Part shown: one piece after another, positions 27,291-36,156 of the stretch
Position numbering within the stretch: position 1 is the stretch's first letter
How the letters are laid out: every line of letters starts with the position of its first letter
Assembly (NCBI GenBank): GCA_026390675.1
Contig: JAPLFM010000187.1
Location: forward strand, 2,012-47,448
Direction: 5' to 3'
Length of the DNA stretch: 45,437 bases
Source of the DNA: Candidatus Kapaibacterium sp.
GTDB lineage: Bacteria > Bacteroidota > Ignavibacteria > Kapaibacteriales > UBA2268
Position numbers and translations under genes: made by a program
The notes under the pieces: model-generated
Told to the model about the DNA's origin: nothing
What the model saw: only the letters and a program-made list of their open reading frames with translations
Databases searched by the model: none

Positions 27291-28325
27291 ATGAGTACCG
27301 AAATAAATACAAATTTAAATGTGTTAGTGTTGGGTGGTAATTCTGGTAGATGGAATTATAAAGATTCATTGCATAATGAAAAATACATGAATGGTGTTGA
27401 AAGTTGGGTTTTTGCATTTAAAGGAGACTACATTTGCTCTTTAGAAGCGAGTGTTAAAGACATTTCAAGATATGATATTATCATTGCCAATTCAAATTAT
27501 AATAATAATTTTTTTTCGCATTTAATTAAACTTCAAAAAGCAAGACCAATCCATACTAAATGGGTAACTCTACTTGAAGGTAATGCTTCAGATTATTTCA
27601 AAGTTAACCCACTTCTATCAGAATTATTTGATAATTCAGATTTGATTAATATTATAAATAAATTTACCTTACCTTTTTTTCAAAAACTTACTACTGCTAA
27701 AGTAGAATTTATCGGAATTCCATATCCGGTAGATTCTATTTCAAAAATGTCCTTGCCAATTGAAAAAAGAGATAAGACTATATTTCTCTGCCCTTGGCTC
27801 CTTAGCCGTCAAACTGAATATCTTGTTGCAAAAGAAATAGGTTTAAATTGCTATGGATATGAAAAAAGAATTTCAAGAAAACTTAAAAATATTGTATCTA
27901 ATTATAGGATTTATGGTTCCAATTCTCCAAATTACAATTTTAATAAAGTTCAAAAATTATATAATGACCAAAAGTTAAAAGTATTAAAAGAAGTGTATTT
28001 AGGTGACTATTTTGAGGTTAACAGGAAATCGTTTTTATGGCTGAATCTTGATGATAGATTTACTTGGGGAAGATATGTTCTAGATGCCGCTGCATTACAA
28101 ATACCAATCATTACTACCAAATCAACTGGCCACGCCGACGAACTTTTCCCATTTACTTATTTAGAAAATGAATTTGAATTAGATAAAGCTATTGAGCTTG
28201 GAAAAAGACTAGTTGAAGATAAAGATTTTTATAAACAAGTAGCTGAATATCCTATTGGTAAAATGGAACATTTGAAGCCAGAGGTTATGAAAGCTAAATT
28301 GTTGAAAGCATTGGGTTTAGCTTGA
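27291..28325 (+). CDS. Hypothetical protein, possibly glycosyltransferase-like (GT-B C-terminal half)
   Basis: 344 aa, cytoplasmic-looking. GRYVLDAAALQIPIITTKSTGHADELFP resembles the GT1/GT4 C-terminal nucleotide-sugar-binding region. The match is weak. Confidence 0.35.
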   Translation: MSTEINTNLNVLVLGGNSGRWNYKDSLHNEKYMNGVESWVFAFKGDYICSLEASVKDISRYDIIIANSNYNNNFFSHLIKLQKARPIHTKWVTLLEGNASDYFKVNPLLSELFDNSDLINIINKFTLPFFQKLTTAKVEFIGIPYPVDSISKMSLPIEKRDKTIFLCPWLLSRQTEYLVAKEIGLNCYGYEKRISRKLKNIVSNYRIYGSNSPNYNFNKVQKLYNDQKLKVLKEVYLGDYFEVNRKSFLWLNLDDRFTWGRYVLDAAALQIPIITTKSTGHADELFPFTYLENEFELDKAIELGKRLVEDKDFYKQVAEYPIGKMEHLKPEVMKAKLLKALGLA

Positions 28326-28342
28326 AAATACTAAGTTTTATA

Positions 28343-31300
28343 CTACTTAACTACTTTCAATTCTCTAATAATTGTCTTGTTATTTTGTTTAATAATAACA
28401 AAATAGCTACCAGATCCTAAATCATTTAAATCCAAATTGATTTTGTTATTGCCAATTGTAATAAATTGTTGAAACTCTTTTATAGAATTTCCTCTAACAT
28501 CAATTATTACAAAATTTAACTTAATTTCATTATTGGAATTTATTTCTATAAGAGCATTATGATCTGCAGGGTTAGGACTTATTTGCATTATATCAATACC
28601 TTCTATCTTGTCTTCTACCATTGTACCATCCCAAATAGTAAAGGGTTTGGTTCTATCAAACTCTACTGAAGGATCATTTTCTAGAACAGCTCTTAACATT
28701 ACATTATTAGATAAAGCTGTTGGTACAACCCAAGGAACATATCCCAAAATTACATCTACGTATTTTAGTTCATCTACCCAAGAAATCCCATTGTTATAAC
28801 TTATTTGAATATCAAATCTTTTCAAATTAGTAGAATTCCATCTAACTCTATAAGTTGAACCTGCTAATACAGATTCGTTAGCAACTGGGTTTTTAAATTT
28901 TACTGTACCAGTTATAATTTTAAAGACATCTGAAATAGCTATTTCTTGACCATTGTCTATGTCAGCCATTCTGATTCGAGCATTTTTAGTATTTATTAAT
29001 GGTATATTCCATTCAACACTGGTCAAATTACCATCAACAGAGCTTAAAAGTTGGTACCATTTTACTCCATCTTCTGTAAATTCGAATTTAACCTTAGGAT
29101 AGCCTTTTGCAACAAACTGAATATATGCTTTGTTCCCACCTTTGTATATTGGTTCTGAAGCATTAGGAGAAATGATTTTAGCAAATCCAGCTTGTATTGA
29201 CCAAAACGCATCACTTCTATCTAGCTCTGCACCACTTGCCAAATCAACCAATCTTACTAAGCAGTTTGATGATGGGAAATTTGGTAATTGCATAGTAGCA
29301 GTTTTAACATTTACATTAAATGTGCCTGATGTTTGCCAATTTGTTCCACCATTTATTGTAAGATCTAATCTAACTTTTTGGCTTCCATCAGTAGTCCAGT
29401 TTACATTTATAACTCTACTTGGAAGGTATGATTCGCCACCATTTGGAGTTGTAATTTTAGCTGAGTATTGTAAAATTGGAGAAATGGTATCAAATTCGCC
29501 ATAAGGAGTTACAATCTCATTATCAACTGAATGCAAACTTGTAGAATTATGCCAATTGAATTTAATTACTTTCTCTTTACTTAAAATTTTGAATTTTAAA
29601 GTACCTAGATATGTATCTTTATAAGGTACATTGATTCCACCATTAATAAAGTTTTTGTCATAGTCAATTTCAATTGTTCTAACACCTGTTAGTTTGTTAT
29701 CTACATCATCTGTAGGAGCAGATCTAAGTTTTGAATAATAACCTAATTGTGGTTTGTTTGCAAATATAATAGTATCTATTTGATTTAAAGATTCAAATTT
29801 TACTGCAGAAGTATCATAACTTATAGCAAAAGTACTATTTGCTAATTTGAAATTTGTTGAAATATTTCTAATATAAAAATCAACTGTTGCAAAATCACCA
29901 TTTTTCTTAGTAACTGCATTAACTTTATAATTTAAAGCACCAGCTTGTATTTCATTTTCTTTTTTAGGTTTTGAAACAACATAATTTTTGAAATCGCTTT
30001 CAATAACACCCTTTGGTTCAGCATATAATGACGAAACTTTTCCAAAATTTCTATCAACTATAGTTCTATCATCTGCATTAACAAATCCATCTCCAGTTAC
30101 ATCTGAGCTAGGATTGTTTGTTCCATCATCTACCCTAACTTGTACTCTATCAGCTGCATTTATTTGACCATCTTGGTTTACATCTCCACCAACCATTGCA
30201 GCAATAGCAATAGTTTTGGAACCAGCTGGACCATTATTAAATATCAATCCAGTAGTATTATAATTAGGATCTGAGACTGTAGTTTTAGCATCACCCTTGG
30301 CATTAAAATATTTCAAACTAATAGCGTCATCAGTTTCAAATTTCATTATATTATCTTCTACACCGTCCCAAGTTGCAAAATCCCAACCAGATTCTATAGC
30401 CCAAGTAGATTTGTTATCACCATCATATTTGAAAGAAACAGGGAATCTGCTCATGATTGGCAAATGGTTTTGTTGCTCAACCATAACCCAATACTTACCA
30501 TCACTAATATCTGTTATAAGGTAATTTACATTTGCAAATTTTTTATTACCAGCATTTCTATTTAAAGGGTCTCGTTCTTCATACTTAAATCTTGAAAGTT
30601 CTGAAAGTAATCTTTTGCCCCTCACACCTGCATTTTCTTCAAATAAAGTAATTCTAATTGCTCCTTGAGGGTACAAAGTTCCAATATCTCTCATATTGAA
30701 ACTATTTCGTAAGCCATCGTGATGACCTTCTAATAATACTCTAATTGTAAAATTATCAATTGGAGTAATTGTAAACAAAGGACTTTCAGATACTAAAGGT
30801 TGTTTTACATTCTCAATTGTATAGCTTAAGTTCAGTCTTAATCTAGCGTTAGTCAAAGCAGGGTTTAATGGACCTTGGTCATTTGTAATACCATCATTAT
30901 TAACATCTGGGTTTGCTAAAGAAGCATTTAATTTTAATGCATATACTATATCACTGGTTCCACCCTTAAATACAAAGTTTGTACTATCGGGAATTGTAGA
31001 AGAATTAGTCGAATTGCCAAGATAGTATGTAGAGCCAATGTATTTGTATAATTGACTTAGACCACCTCCACCTCTTGATGAATATTCTAATGATGGTGCC
31101 ACTCCAAAACTACCATTGCTTATTGCAAGTCCATCATAATCAAATCCAACCCACCTAACTTTAACATCTGTACTAGTATTCGAAACTTTTTGTCTAAATA
31201 CAGGCTCTACTAGTTTAATAAATGGAATAGCAGCAATATATGATATTGTATCAATTCCAAACCTTGCATATATGCTAGGATTGTTTATTGCAGGAACTGT

Positions 31301-34267
31301 ATTAGTTTTACCTTTATAATTAAATGTTGTACCATTAAAAGGAAAAGCTGCAAATAAGTTGCCTTGATTTGAAGGTTTCAAATCTTGAGTTCTAACAGTT
31401 AAAGAACCCTGAATGAATTCAGTAAGTCGTGTTGGTTCATCACCAATATATGATAAATTGTTTGGAACACCATTCCAAAATCTTAATTCTCTTAATTCAC
31501 CCAAAAAAGGACCACTTTTATTAAAAGGCGAACTTCCAATATAGGTAGGAAATGTATTGGAAGAATTTAACTGTAAATCAAGTCCAAGTTGATTGGTGAT
31601 AGATGTATCATTTTGAACAGTTCCATTTATATAAAACAATATTTTGGACTGCCCATTACCACCATTATTATCTATAAATACTCCAATATGTGTCCAAGCT
31701 GTATCAAGTGCTACTTTATTTGGAGCTAATATTTTATGTAAAGTATCACTTATTGCTGTTCTAATTGTGTCTTTAATATCTACAGTTGAAAATTTTAATT
31801 GACCAGTTGAAAGCAGTGCCAAATTAAAATGAGCTTTACTTGAATCATTTCCAACTTTACTTAATATTGTGTATGATGCTGAAGGCAAACTGTATGGTCT
31901 TATCCAAGTTTCAAAGTAAGCATTGTTCTTAGTTAAGTTCATACCAAGTTTACCATTTATAGTAAGTACTTGAAATGAATCCCTTTTAAAAGACAAATAC
32001 CTAGCTACTGTAAATGGTCCTTCAACAGCAGAAATTTCTTGCATACCATAAGTCGAAGCACCTTTGATTCTTATACTTACATCTTTTTTAAAAGGCAAAG
32101 CAGAACGCAAATTTGCACTTGGATTATTGTTATTATAAGGTACCCAATTTGAAGTAGTTTTTTCAGCATCAACTGCTATTGTATCACCTTTATCGGTCTT
32201 TATACCATACCAATTTACTTGGTCTGTTGAATATTGCAATTCCAAATCTTTAGAATTAGGTGTAAAAGCCTCTGCCATACCAAAAGCCAACCAACGTACA
32301 TCATAAATATCTGTTGGATTATTTGTCAATCCAACATTTTTTGTTGGTGATGTAATCCGTATATGAGGTCTATCTGGTCTATAAAATACTGAATCCACAT
32401 TTGGAGTTTTCACAGAAGTATAATAAATCAGATTGTTTGAACCATTTTGAGCTGGATTTGAAGCCAAATCCAAATCATTACCTTCGAAATCATAATAGCT
32501 TTCAAGACTCTTTTTAATGTCGTTAGGTTGAGTTATTATTGATGGTTCTACCACACCATTTACCAAAGATCTAATTTGATTTTGGCTTAATGCAGTTTTC
32601 CATACTTTTACTCCTTTAAATCCAGCTTTTAAAAAATTGTTTTTAGCAAAAGTTGAATTAGGATTGACACCTACCCAAATTGGATGATTTGTTGTTTGCA
32701 TACGAATATCGGCTGCATTGGTATTAATTGATTCATCTACCAATTCTCCATCTACATAAAGTCTAACTATATTATTTTCAACTGTAGCTGCTAAGTGTGT
32801 CCAATTAGTAGAATGAGCTGGAACAATATAAGGTAATGTATCTAAAACTACTCTCAAAGGATAAATAGCTGTAACTTTACCAATATAACCACCTACACCT
32901 CTGCCTAATATTTCTTTTGCTCTAAAAGCAGGTGTTGCTCCATTTTCTAAATAAAGCATCCATGCACCCTCGGACTTTGGATCTGTTCCAGAGCTACTTG
33001 CTATAATTGCTGGTGTTCCAGATTGCACACTGTCATTTAAATTAACCCAAGCCTCTACTGTTAATTGAGTTGAATTGCTATAGGGCTTTTCAGTTTTAAA
33101 AAATTGATTTTTGCCATTTAACTGTGCAAAAAAGAGTCTTCCTAAAACAAAAGATTCTTTGCTTGAATCTGCTAGATTTGATTTTGGTCTTAAAACTAAG
33201 TCTGTAGTGTTATTACCATCAAGCTGTGTAACTCTAATCCTCGCATTTTCAGATCTTTCTGTAAAATAGTTATTGTTTGCCCAAATTACACGAGTTGGTT
33301 TTCTATAATTAGAAGTATTTAATTGTACTGAATCTTGAGAGGTAATGTAAAATCTAGCTGGAGGATTTGATATTTCTCCAGATCTATATTTTGGATTGTT
33401 ACCATCATTATTAGCCGATGTATTTCGCTCGGCAGCTCTTCCTATTTCTTTCCAAGTCAATCCATCATCTAATGAGTATTCATATAAAAAAGCTACATTG
33501 TCATCTACTATACCTGCTGCATTTGGCACTCTATACTTAGTAGGATTCACACTTCTTTCAATATATATTGGATGTCCTAATTTTGCAAATCCACCATTTA
33601 CTCCCAATGGTGCTTTATCTCTATCTACAGTTTGACCTTTGTAACCAGGGTTTAATAAGGTTACACCTACAACTGTTAAGTCACTTGGATTTTTAAAAGC
33701 AACTTTACTTTCAATATCTGTACTATCTGAAGCAAAAATACGAATATCACCCGGCAACTTGCTTGAGCTCCATTTAATATCTGTATTGCTAGTATTTGTA
33801 GGGTTGTTTATTATATCAAAAGTTACTTTACCTATAAAAGTTCCTCTAAAATTTGAATCTACTATAAAACTAGTATTTCCTAAATTTCCAAGACTAAGCT
33901 CTAATGAATAATATTTTGAAGTAATCTGAGTTGAAACTAGCTTTGCATAACCATTTTGTGCATCGAAAGGTGATGAAATTTGGTCAAATATTACCGATTT
34001 TGATAAATTTCTATTTATACTATCAGTTAGATTAAGTTTTTGAATCAAACTCGGTTTGAGAAAAGTTGAATTAAATTCAATTACTAAAGAAGCATAACCT
34101 AACTTTGGTGCATCGAAAGTTTTTCTTTTCACCCAAATTTCAGCTTCAATTTGGTCAAATCTACGCCTTTGGTTAATAGTAAACTCATAACTCTGCGCAT
34201 TCAAATCGATTGCAAAAATCGAAATAAATGTTAAAAGGAAATAAGCTATTTTCTTTATATTTAACAT
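28343..34267 (-). CDS. Giant secreted T9SS substrate with two LamG/ConA-like lectin domains, a dockerin-like double EF-hand, cohesin-like modules and Ig-like repeats
   Basis: The likely start is MLNIKKIAYFLLTFISIFAIDLNAQ (ATG at 34267; the track uses a GTG at 34300). LamG-like segments: LTVEAWVNL...WTHLAATVENNIVRLYVDGELV (~32700-33130) and YFETWIRPYS...WTHIGVF...ILFYINGTVQ (~31560-31930). Dockerin-like segment: GDVNQDGQINAADRVQVRVD...DVTGDGFVNADDRTIVDRNFG (~30040-30192). The C-terminal ISPNPADHNALIEINS...GSGSYFVIIKQNNKTIIRELKVVK is a typical Por_Secre_tail. Confidence 0.85.
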   Translation of the reverse strand: MLNIKKIAYFLLTFISIFAIDLNAQSYEFTINQRRRFDQIEAEIWVKRKTFDAPKLGYASLVIEFNSTFLKPSLIQKLNLTDSINRNLSKSVIFDQISSPFDAQNGYAKLVSTQITSKYYSLELSLGNLGNTSFIVDSNFRGTFIGKVTFDIINNPTNTSNTDIKWSSSKLPGDIRIFASDSTDIESKVAFKNPSDLTVVGVTLLNPGYKGQTVDRDKAPLGVNGGFAKLGHPIYIERSVNPTKYRVPNAAGIVDDNVAFLYEYSLDDGLTWKEIGRAAERNTSANNDGNNPKYRSGEISNPPARFYITSQDSVQLNTSNYRKPTRVIWANNNYFTERSENARIRVTQLDGNNTTDLVLRPKSNLADSSKESFVLGRLFFAQLNGKNQFFKTEKPYSNSTQLTVEAWVNLNDSVQSGTPAIIASSSGTDPKSEGAWMLYLENGATPAFRAKEILGRGVGGYIGKVTAIYPLRVVLDTLPYIVPAHSTNWTHLAATVENNIVRLYVDGELVDESINTNAADIRMQTTNHPIWVGVNPNSTFAKNNFLKAGFKGVKVWKTALSQNQIRSLVNGVVEPSIITQPNDIKKSLESYYDFEGNDLDLASNPAQNGSNNLIYYTSVKTPNVDSVFYRPDRPHIRITSPTKNVGLTNNPTDIYDVRWLAFGMAEAFTPNSKDLELQYSTDQVNWYGIKTDKGDTIAVDAEKTTSNWVPYNNNNPSANLRSALPFKKDVSIRIKGASTYGMQEISAVEGPFTVARYLSFKRDSFQVLTINGKLGMNLTKNNAYFETWIRPYSLPSASYTILSKVGNDSSKAHFNLALLSTGQLKFSTVDIKDTIRTAISDTLHKILAPNKVALDTAWTHIGVFIDNNGGNGQSKILFYINGTVQNDTSITNQLGLDLQLNSSNTFPTYIGSSPFNKSGPFLGELRELRFWNGVPNNLSYIGDEPTRLTEFIQGSLTVRTQDLKPSNQGNLFAAFPFNGTTFNYKGKTNTVPAINNPSIYARFGIDTISYIAAIPFIKLVEPVFRQKVSNTSTDVKVRWVGFDYDGLAISNGSFGVAPSLEYSSRGGGGLSQLYKYIGSTYYLGNSTNSSTIPDSTNFVFKGGTSDIVYALKLNASLANPDVNNDGITNDQGPLNPALTNARLRLNLSYTIENVKQPLVSESPLFTITPIDNFTIRVLLEGHHDGLRNSFNMRDIGTLYPQGAIRITLFEENAGVRGKRLLSELSRFKYEERDPLNRNAGNKKFANVNYLITDISDGKYWVMVEQQNHLPIMSRFPVSFKYDGDNKSTWAIESGWDFATWDGVEDNIMKFETDDAISLKYFNAKGDAKTTVSDPNYNTTGLIFNNGPAGSKTIAIAAMVGGDVNQDGQINAADRVQVRVDDGTNNPSSDVTGDGFVNADDRTIVDRNFGKVSSLYAEPKGVIESDFKNYVVSKPKKENEIQAGALNYKVNAVTKKNGDFATVDFYIRNISTNFKLANSTFAISYDTSAVKFESLNQIDTIIFANKPQLGYYSKLRSAPTDDVDNKLTGVRTIEIDYDKNFINGGINVPYKDTYLGTLKFKILSKEKVIKFNWHNSTSLHSVDNEIVTPYGEFDTISPILQYSAKITTPNGGESYLPSRVINVNWTTDGSQKVRLDLTINGGTNWQTSGTFNVNVKTATMQLPNFPSSNCLVRLVDLASGAELDRSDAFWSIQAGFAKIISPNASEPIYKGGNKAYIQFVAKGYPKVKFEFTEDGVKWYQLLSSVDGNLTSVEWNIPLINTKNARIRMADIDNGQEIAISDVFKIITGTVKFKNPVANESVLAGSTYRVRWNSTNLKRFDIQISYNNGISWVDELKYVDVILGYVPWVVPTALSNNVMLRAVLENDPSVEFDRTKPFTIWDGTMVEDKIEGIDIMQISPNPADHNALIEINSNNEIKLNFVIIDVRGNSIKEFQQFITIGNNKINLDLNDLGSGSYFVIIKQNNKTIIRELKVVK

Positions 34268-34467
34268 AGTTATGTTTGTTTTATATATGTCATACACCAC
34301 TTATATCGGCACTATTGACAAATACTTTAATAATTTTAATTAATTTAAACTGCACAATATTAGACAATTGTTACAAGTTCTCTTTAATATATTACATAGA
34401 TTATGCCAAAAAAATATTACTTACTTTAAATACTTGATTTTACAACTTGAGATACAAAAGCACCTTT

Positions 34468-34897
34468 CCGTCATTCTGAACGAAGTGAAGAATCAAGTGT
34501 TATCTTTGTCCTCCGCTGGCGTGAGGTGTCAGTCTATGACTGACGGAGGTGGTTCTTGCATTCGCATTCGTAGAGACAGGATTCAATCCTGTCTTAAAAC
34601 ATTTAGTAGCACAGACCTTCTTGTCTGTTTCTTATTTATATTCTGTATTCGTAGGGGCCAAAGCTTGCTCAACCCTTGTTAATTCTTGCATTTGTAGAGA
34701 CAGGATTCAATCCTGTCTCAAAACATGTAGTAGCACAGACATTCTTGTCTGTTTCTTATCTATATCCTATTTTCGTAGGGGTTGAGCTTGCTCAACCCTT
34801 TTTATTATCCCATAAATACAGGGTAGAGCAAGCTCTACCCCTACAACCTCAAATTCATCCGATCAGGCAATCGCCTGTGACTTTAAGTTATCGGATG
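34468..34897. repeat. Cluster of REP-like palindromic units, including a ~130-bp tandem duplication (34553-34675 and 34683-34798)
   Basis: Hairpin-forming units:
- cgtcattctgaacgaagtgaagaatc.
- cctccg...gtcagtctatgactgac...ggagg.
- agacaggattcaatcctgtct (twice).
- acagac(c/a)ttcttgtctgt (twice).
- gggttgagcttgctcaaccc.
- gggtagagcaagctctaccc.
- catccgat..caggcaatcgcctg..atcggatg. Confidence 0.85.
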
Positions 34898-35045
34898 AAT
34901 TCTCCAACCGTCTTTTAAAGCAGGTCAAATCTAGATTTAGTTAAACAAATTGCTAGCTATTTTGTTAAAAACTTTATTATGAATTATGAGTGTTTTTTTA
35001 TAGATTGTAAAAGAGTAAGTATCGAATAAGTAAAAATAAATTTAA

Positions 35046-36008
35046 ATGAATAGCAGTAAAATCAGAGTTGCTTTAATAGATGATGGGTTATTTGTAAACG
35101 AATCTTTTGAAACTATGTTAGGTTTACAATTTCCTATAGTTGAAGTTGTTTGTAAAGCTGAGTCTGTGTATGAAGGAATTATGACTATTAAGGCTTTTAA
35201 ACCAGAACTAGTATTTCTTGATATAAAATATCCTGATGGTACTGGTTTTGATATTTTGAAGAATACAAAAGATGTTCCTTTTAAAACAATTTTAGTTACA
35301 GATTATAATGAATATGCAAAAGAAGCTTTTGAGCATTCAGTTTTACATTATATTAAAAAACCTTATAGGGTTGAAGATATTTCAAATTGTTTAGAATTAT
35401 ATGCAAACGATAAGGAAAACAATAAATTTAAAAAAACTAATGACAATGTAACTACTGATTATCAAAATTTTAAAGATTTAGATTATAAAGATATTGATTT
35501 AAATAAACTTAGTTTTATAGATCTTGAAAAAGAATTTATAGAAAGAAGAAAAAATGTAACCACTGTATTTGAAAATGAAACATTGTTATATAAATATGAA
35601 ATGCTTAATCTAAATAGGAAAATAGCTATTTCAACTCAGAATTACAATAACATTAAAAACGAGATTGAAAGTGATAAAATAGTAATAAATACAAAAGGAG
35701 AAGCTATTGAAATTAATAAATCAGATATAGCATATTGTGTTGGTGATGGTAACTATACAGATTTTGTTTTATCTGATTCTAAAACTCATACTGTTTCAAA
35801 AAAATTAAAATCTATTGTAAAATTAATCAACTCAAATAAATTCATTAGAATTAGTAAAAAACACCTCGTGAATTTTGATTTTGTGAAAGAACATAAAATT
35901 GGAATGATTCATAAGGTAATTATGAAGTGTAATACAGTCTTACAGATAGGCAGAATCTACAAAGAAGAGTTTATTCAAAAGTATAATATCTTCAAATCTA
36001 AAAAGTAA
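35046..36008 (+). CDS. Orphan response regulator of the LytR/AlgR family (REC + ~95-aa Asn/Lys-rich linker + LytTR DNA-binding domain)
   Basis: REC domain: IRVALIDDG, VFLDIKYPDGTGFDIL, ILVTDY, IKKPY. LytTR-like tail: IAYCVGDGNYTDFVLSDSKTHTVSKKLKSIVKLINSNKFIRISKKHLVNFDFV. No histidine kinase gene is adjacent. Confidence 0.85.
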   Translation: MNSSKIRVALIDDGLFVNESFETMLGLQFPIVEVVCKAESVYEGIMTIKAFKPELVFLDIKYPDGTGFDILKNTKDVPFKTILVTDYNEYAKEAFEHSVLHYIKKPYRVEDISNCLELYANDKENNKFKKTNDNVTTDYQNFKDLDYKDIDLNKLSFIDLEKEFIERRKNVTTVFENETLLYKYEMLNLNRKIAISTQNYNNIKNEIESDKIVINTKGEAIEINKSDIAYCVGDGNYTDFVLSDSKTHTVSKKLKSIVKLINSNKFIRISKKHLVNFDFVKEHKIGMIHKVIMKCNTVLQIGRIYKEEFIQKYNIFKSKK

Positions 36009-36097
36009 TCAAAATTCCTTTCAATGTATTTTGTGAAATAGTTATGTATTTTGTGAAATACCTATTTTTTTATTTGGTATTTTCATTTATGTTTGAA
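35971..36097 (+). repeat. Element A, copy 1: a 127-bp segment (last 38 nt of the LytTR gene plus 89 nt downstream), duplicated at 42681-42807
   Basis: Reading both copies base by base, I found no mismatch (offset 6710 nt). Confidence 0.95.
36024..36060 (+). promoter_or_regulatory. Pair of 17-nt direct repeats (ATGTATTTTGTGAAATA x2, 20-nt period): candidate LytTR-regulator binding site
   Basis: Identical 17-mers lie at 36024-36040 and 36044-36060, about two helical turns apart and immediately downstream of the LytTR gene. A TAnnTTTG-like motif (TATGTTTG, 36088-36095) sits at the very end of the duplicated block. Function is inferred. Confidence 0.4.
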
Positions 36098-36156
36098 TTA
36101 AGAAAATCGCTGAAATGATTTATTAAAATTTTAAATGGAGTGAAATGATGAAACCT

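Noticed and set aside
34570-34600. tRNA-like T-arm (agacaggattcaatcctgtct)
   Set aside because: Only an 8-bp stem with a 5-nt loop is present. No acceptor, D or anticodon arms can be folded around it. The sequence occurs twice as part of the duplicated REP unit.
34468-34897. Possible CRISPR array, because of multiple short palindromic repeats
   Set aside because: The units are different from one another. There is no constant repeat alternating with unique spacers of fixed length, and no cas genes occur in the window.
34368-34918. Three overlapping + strand ORFs (104, 78 and 80 aa)
   Set aside because: They read straight through the REP-like hairpin stack. Their similarity to each other (…VETGFNPV(L/S)KH(L/V)VAQTFLSVSYLY…) just reflects the ~130-bp DNA duplication, so they are classic spurious REP ORFs.
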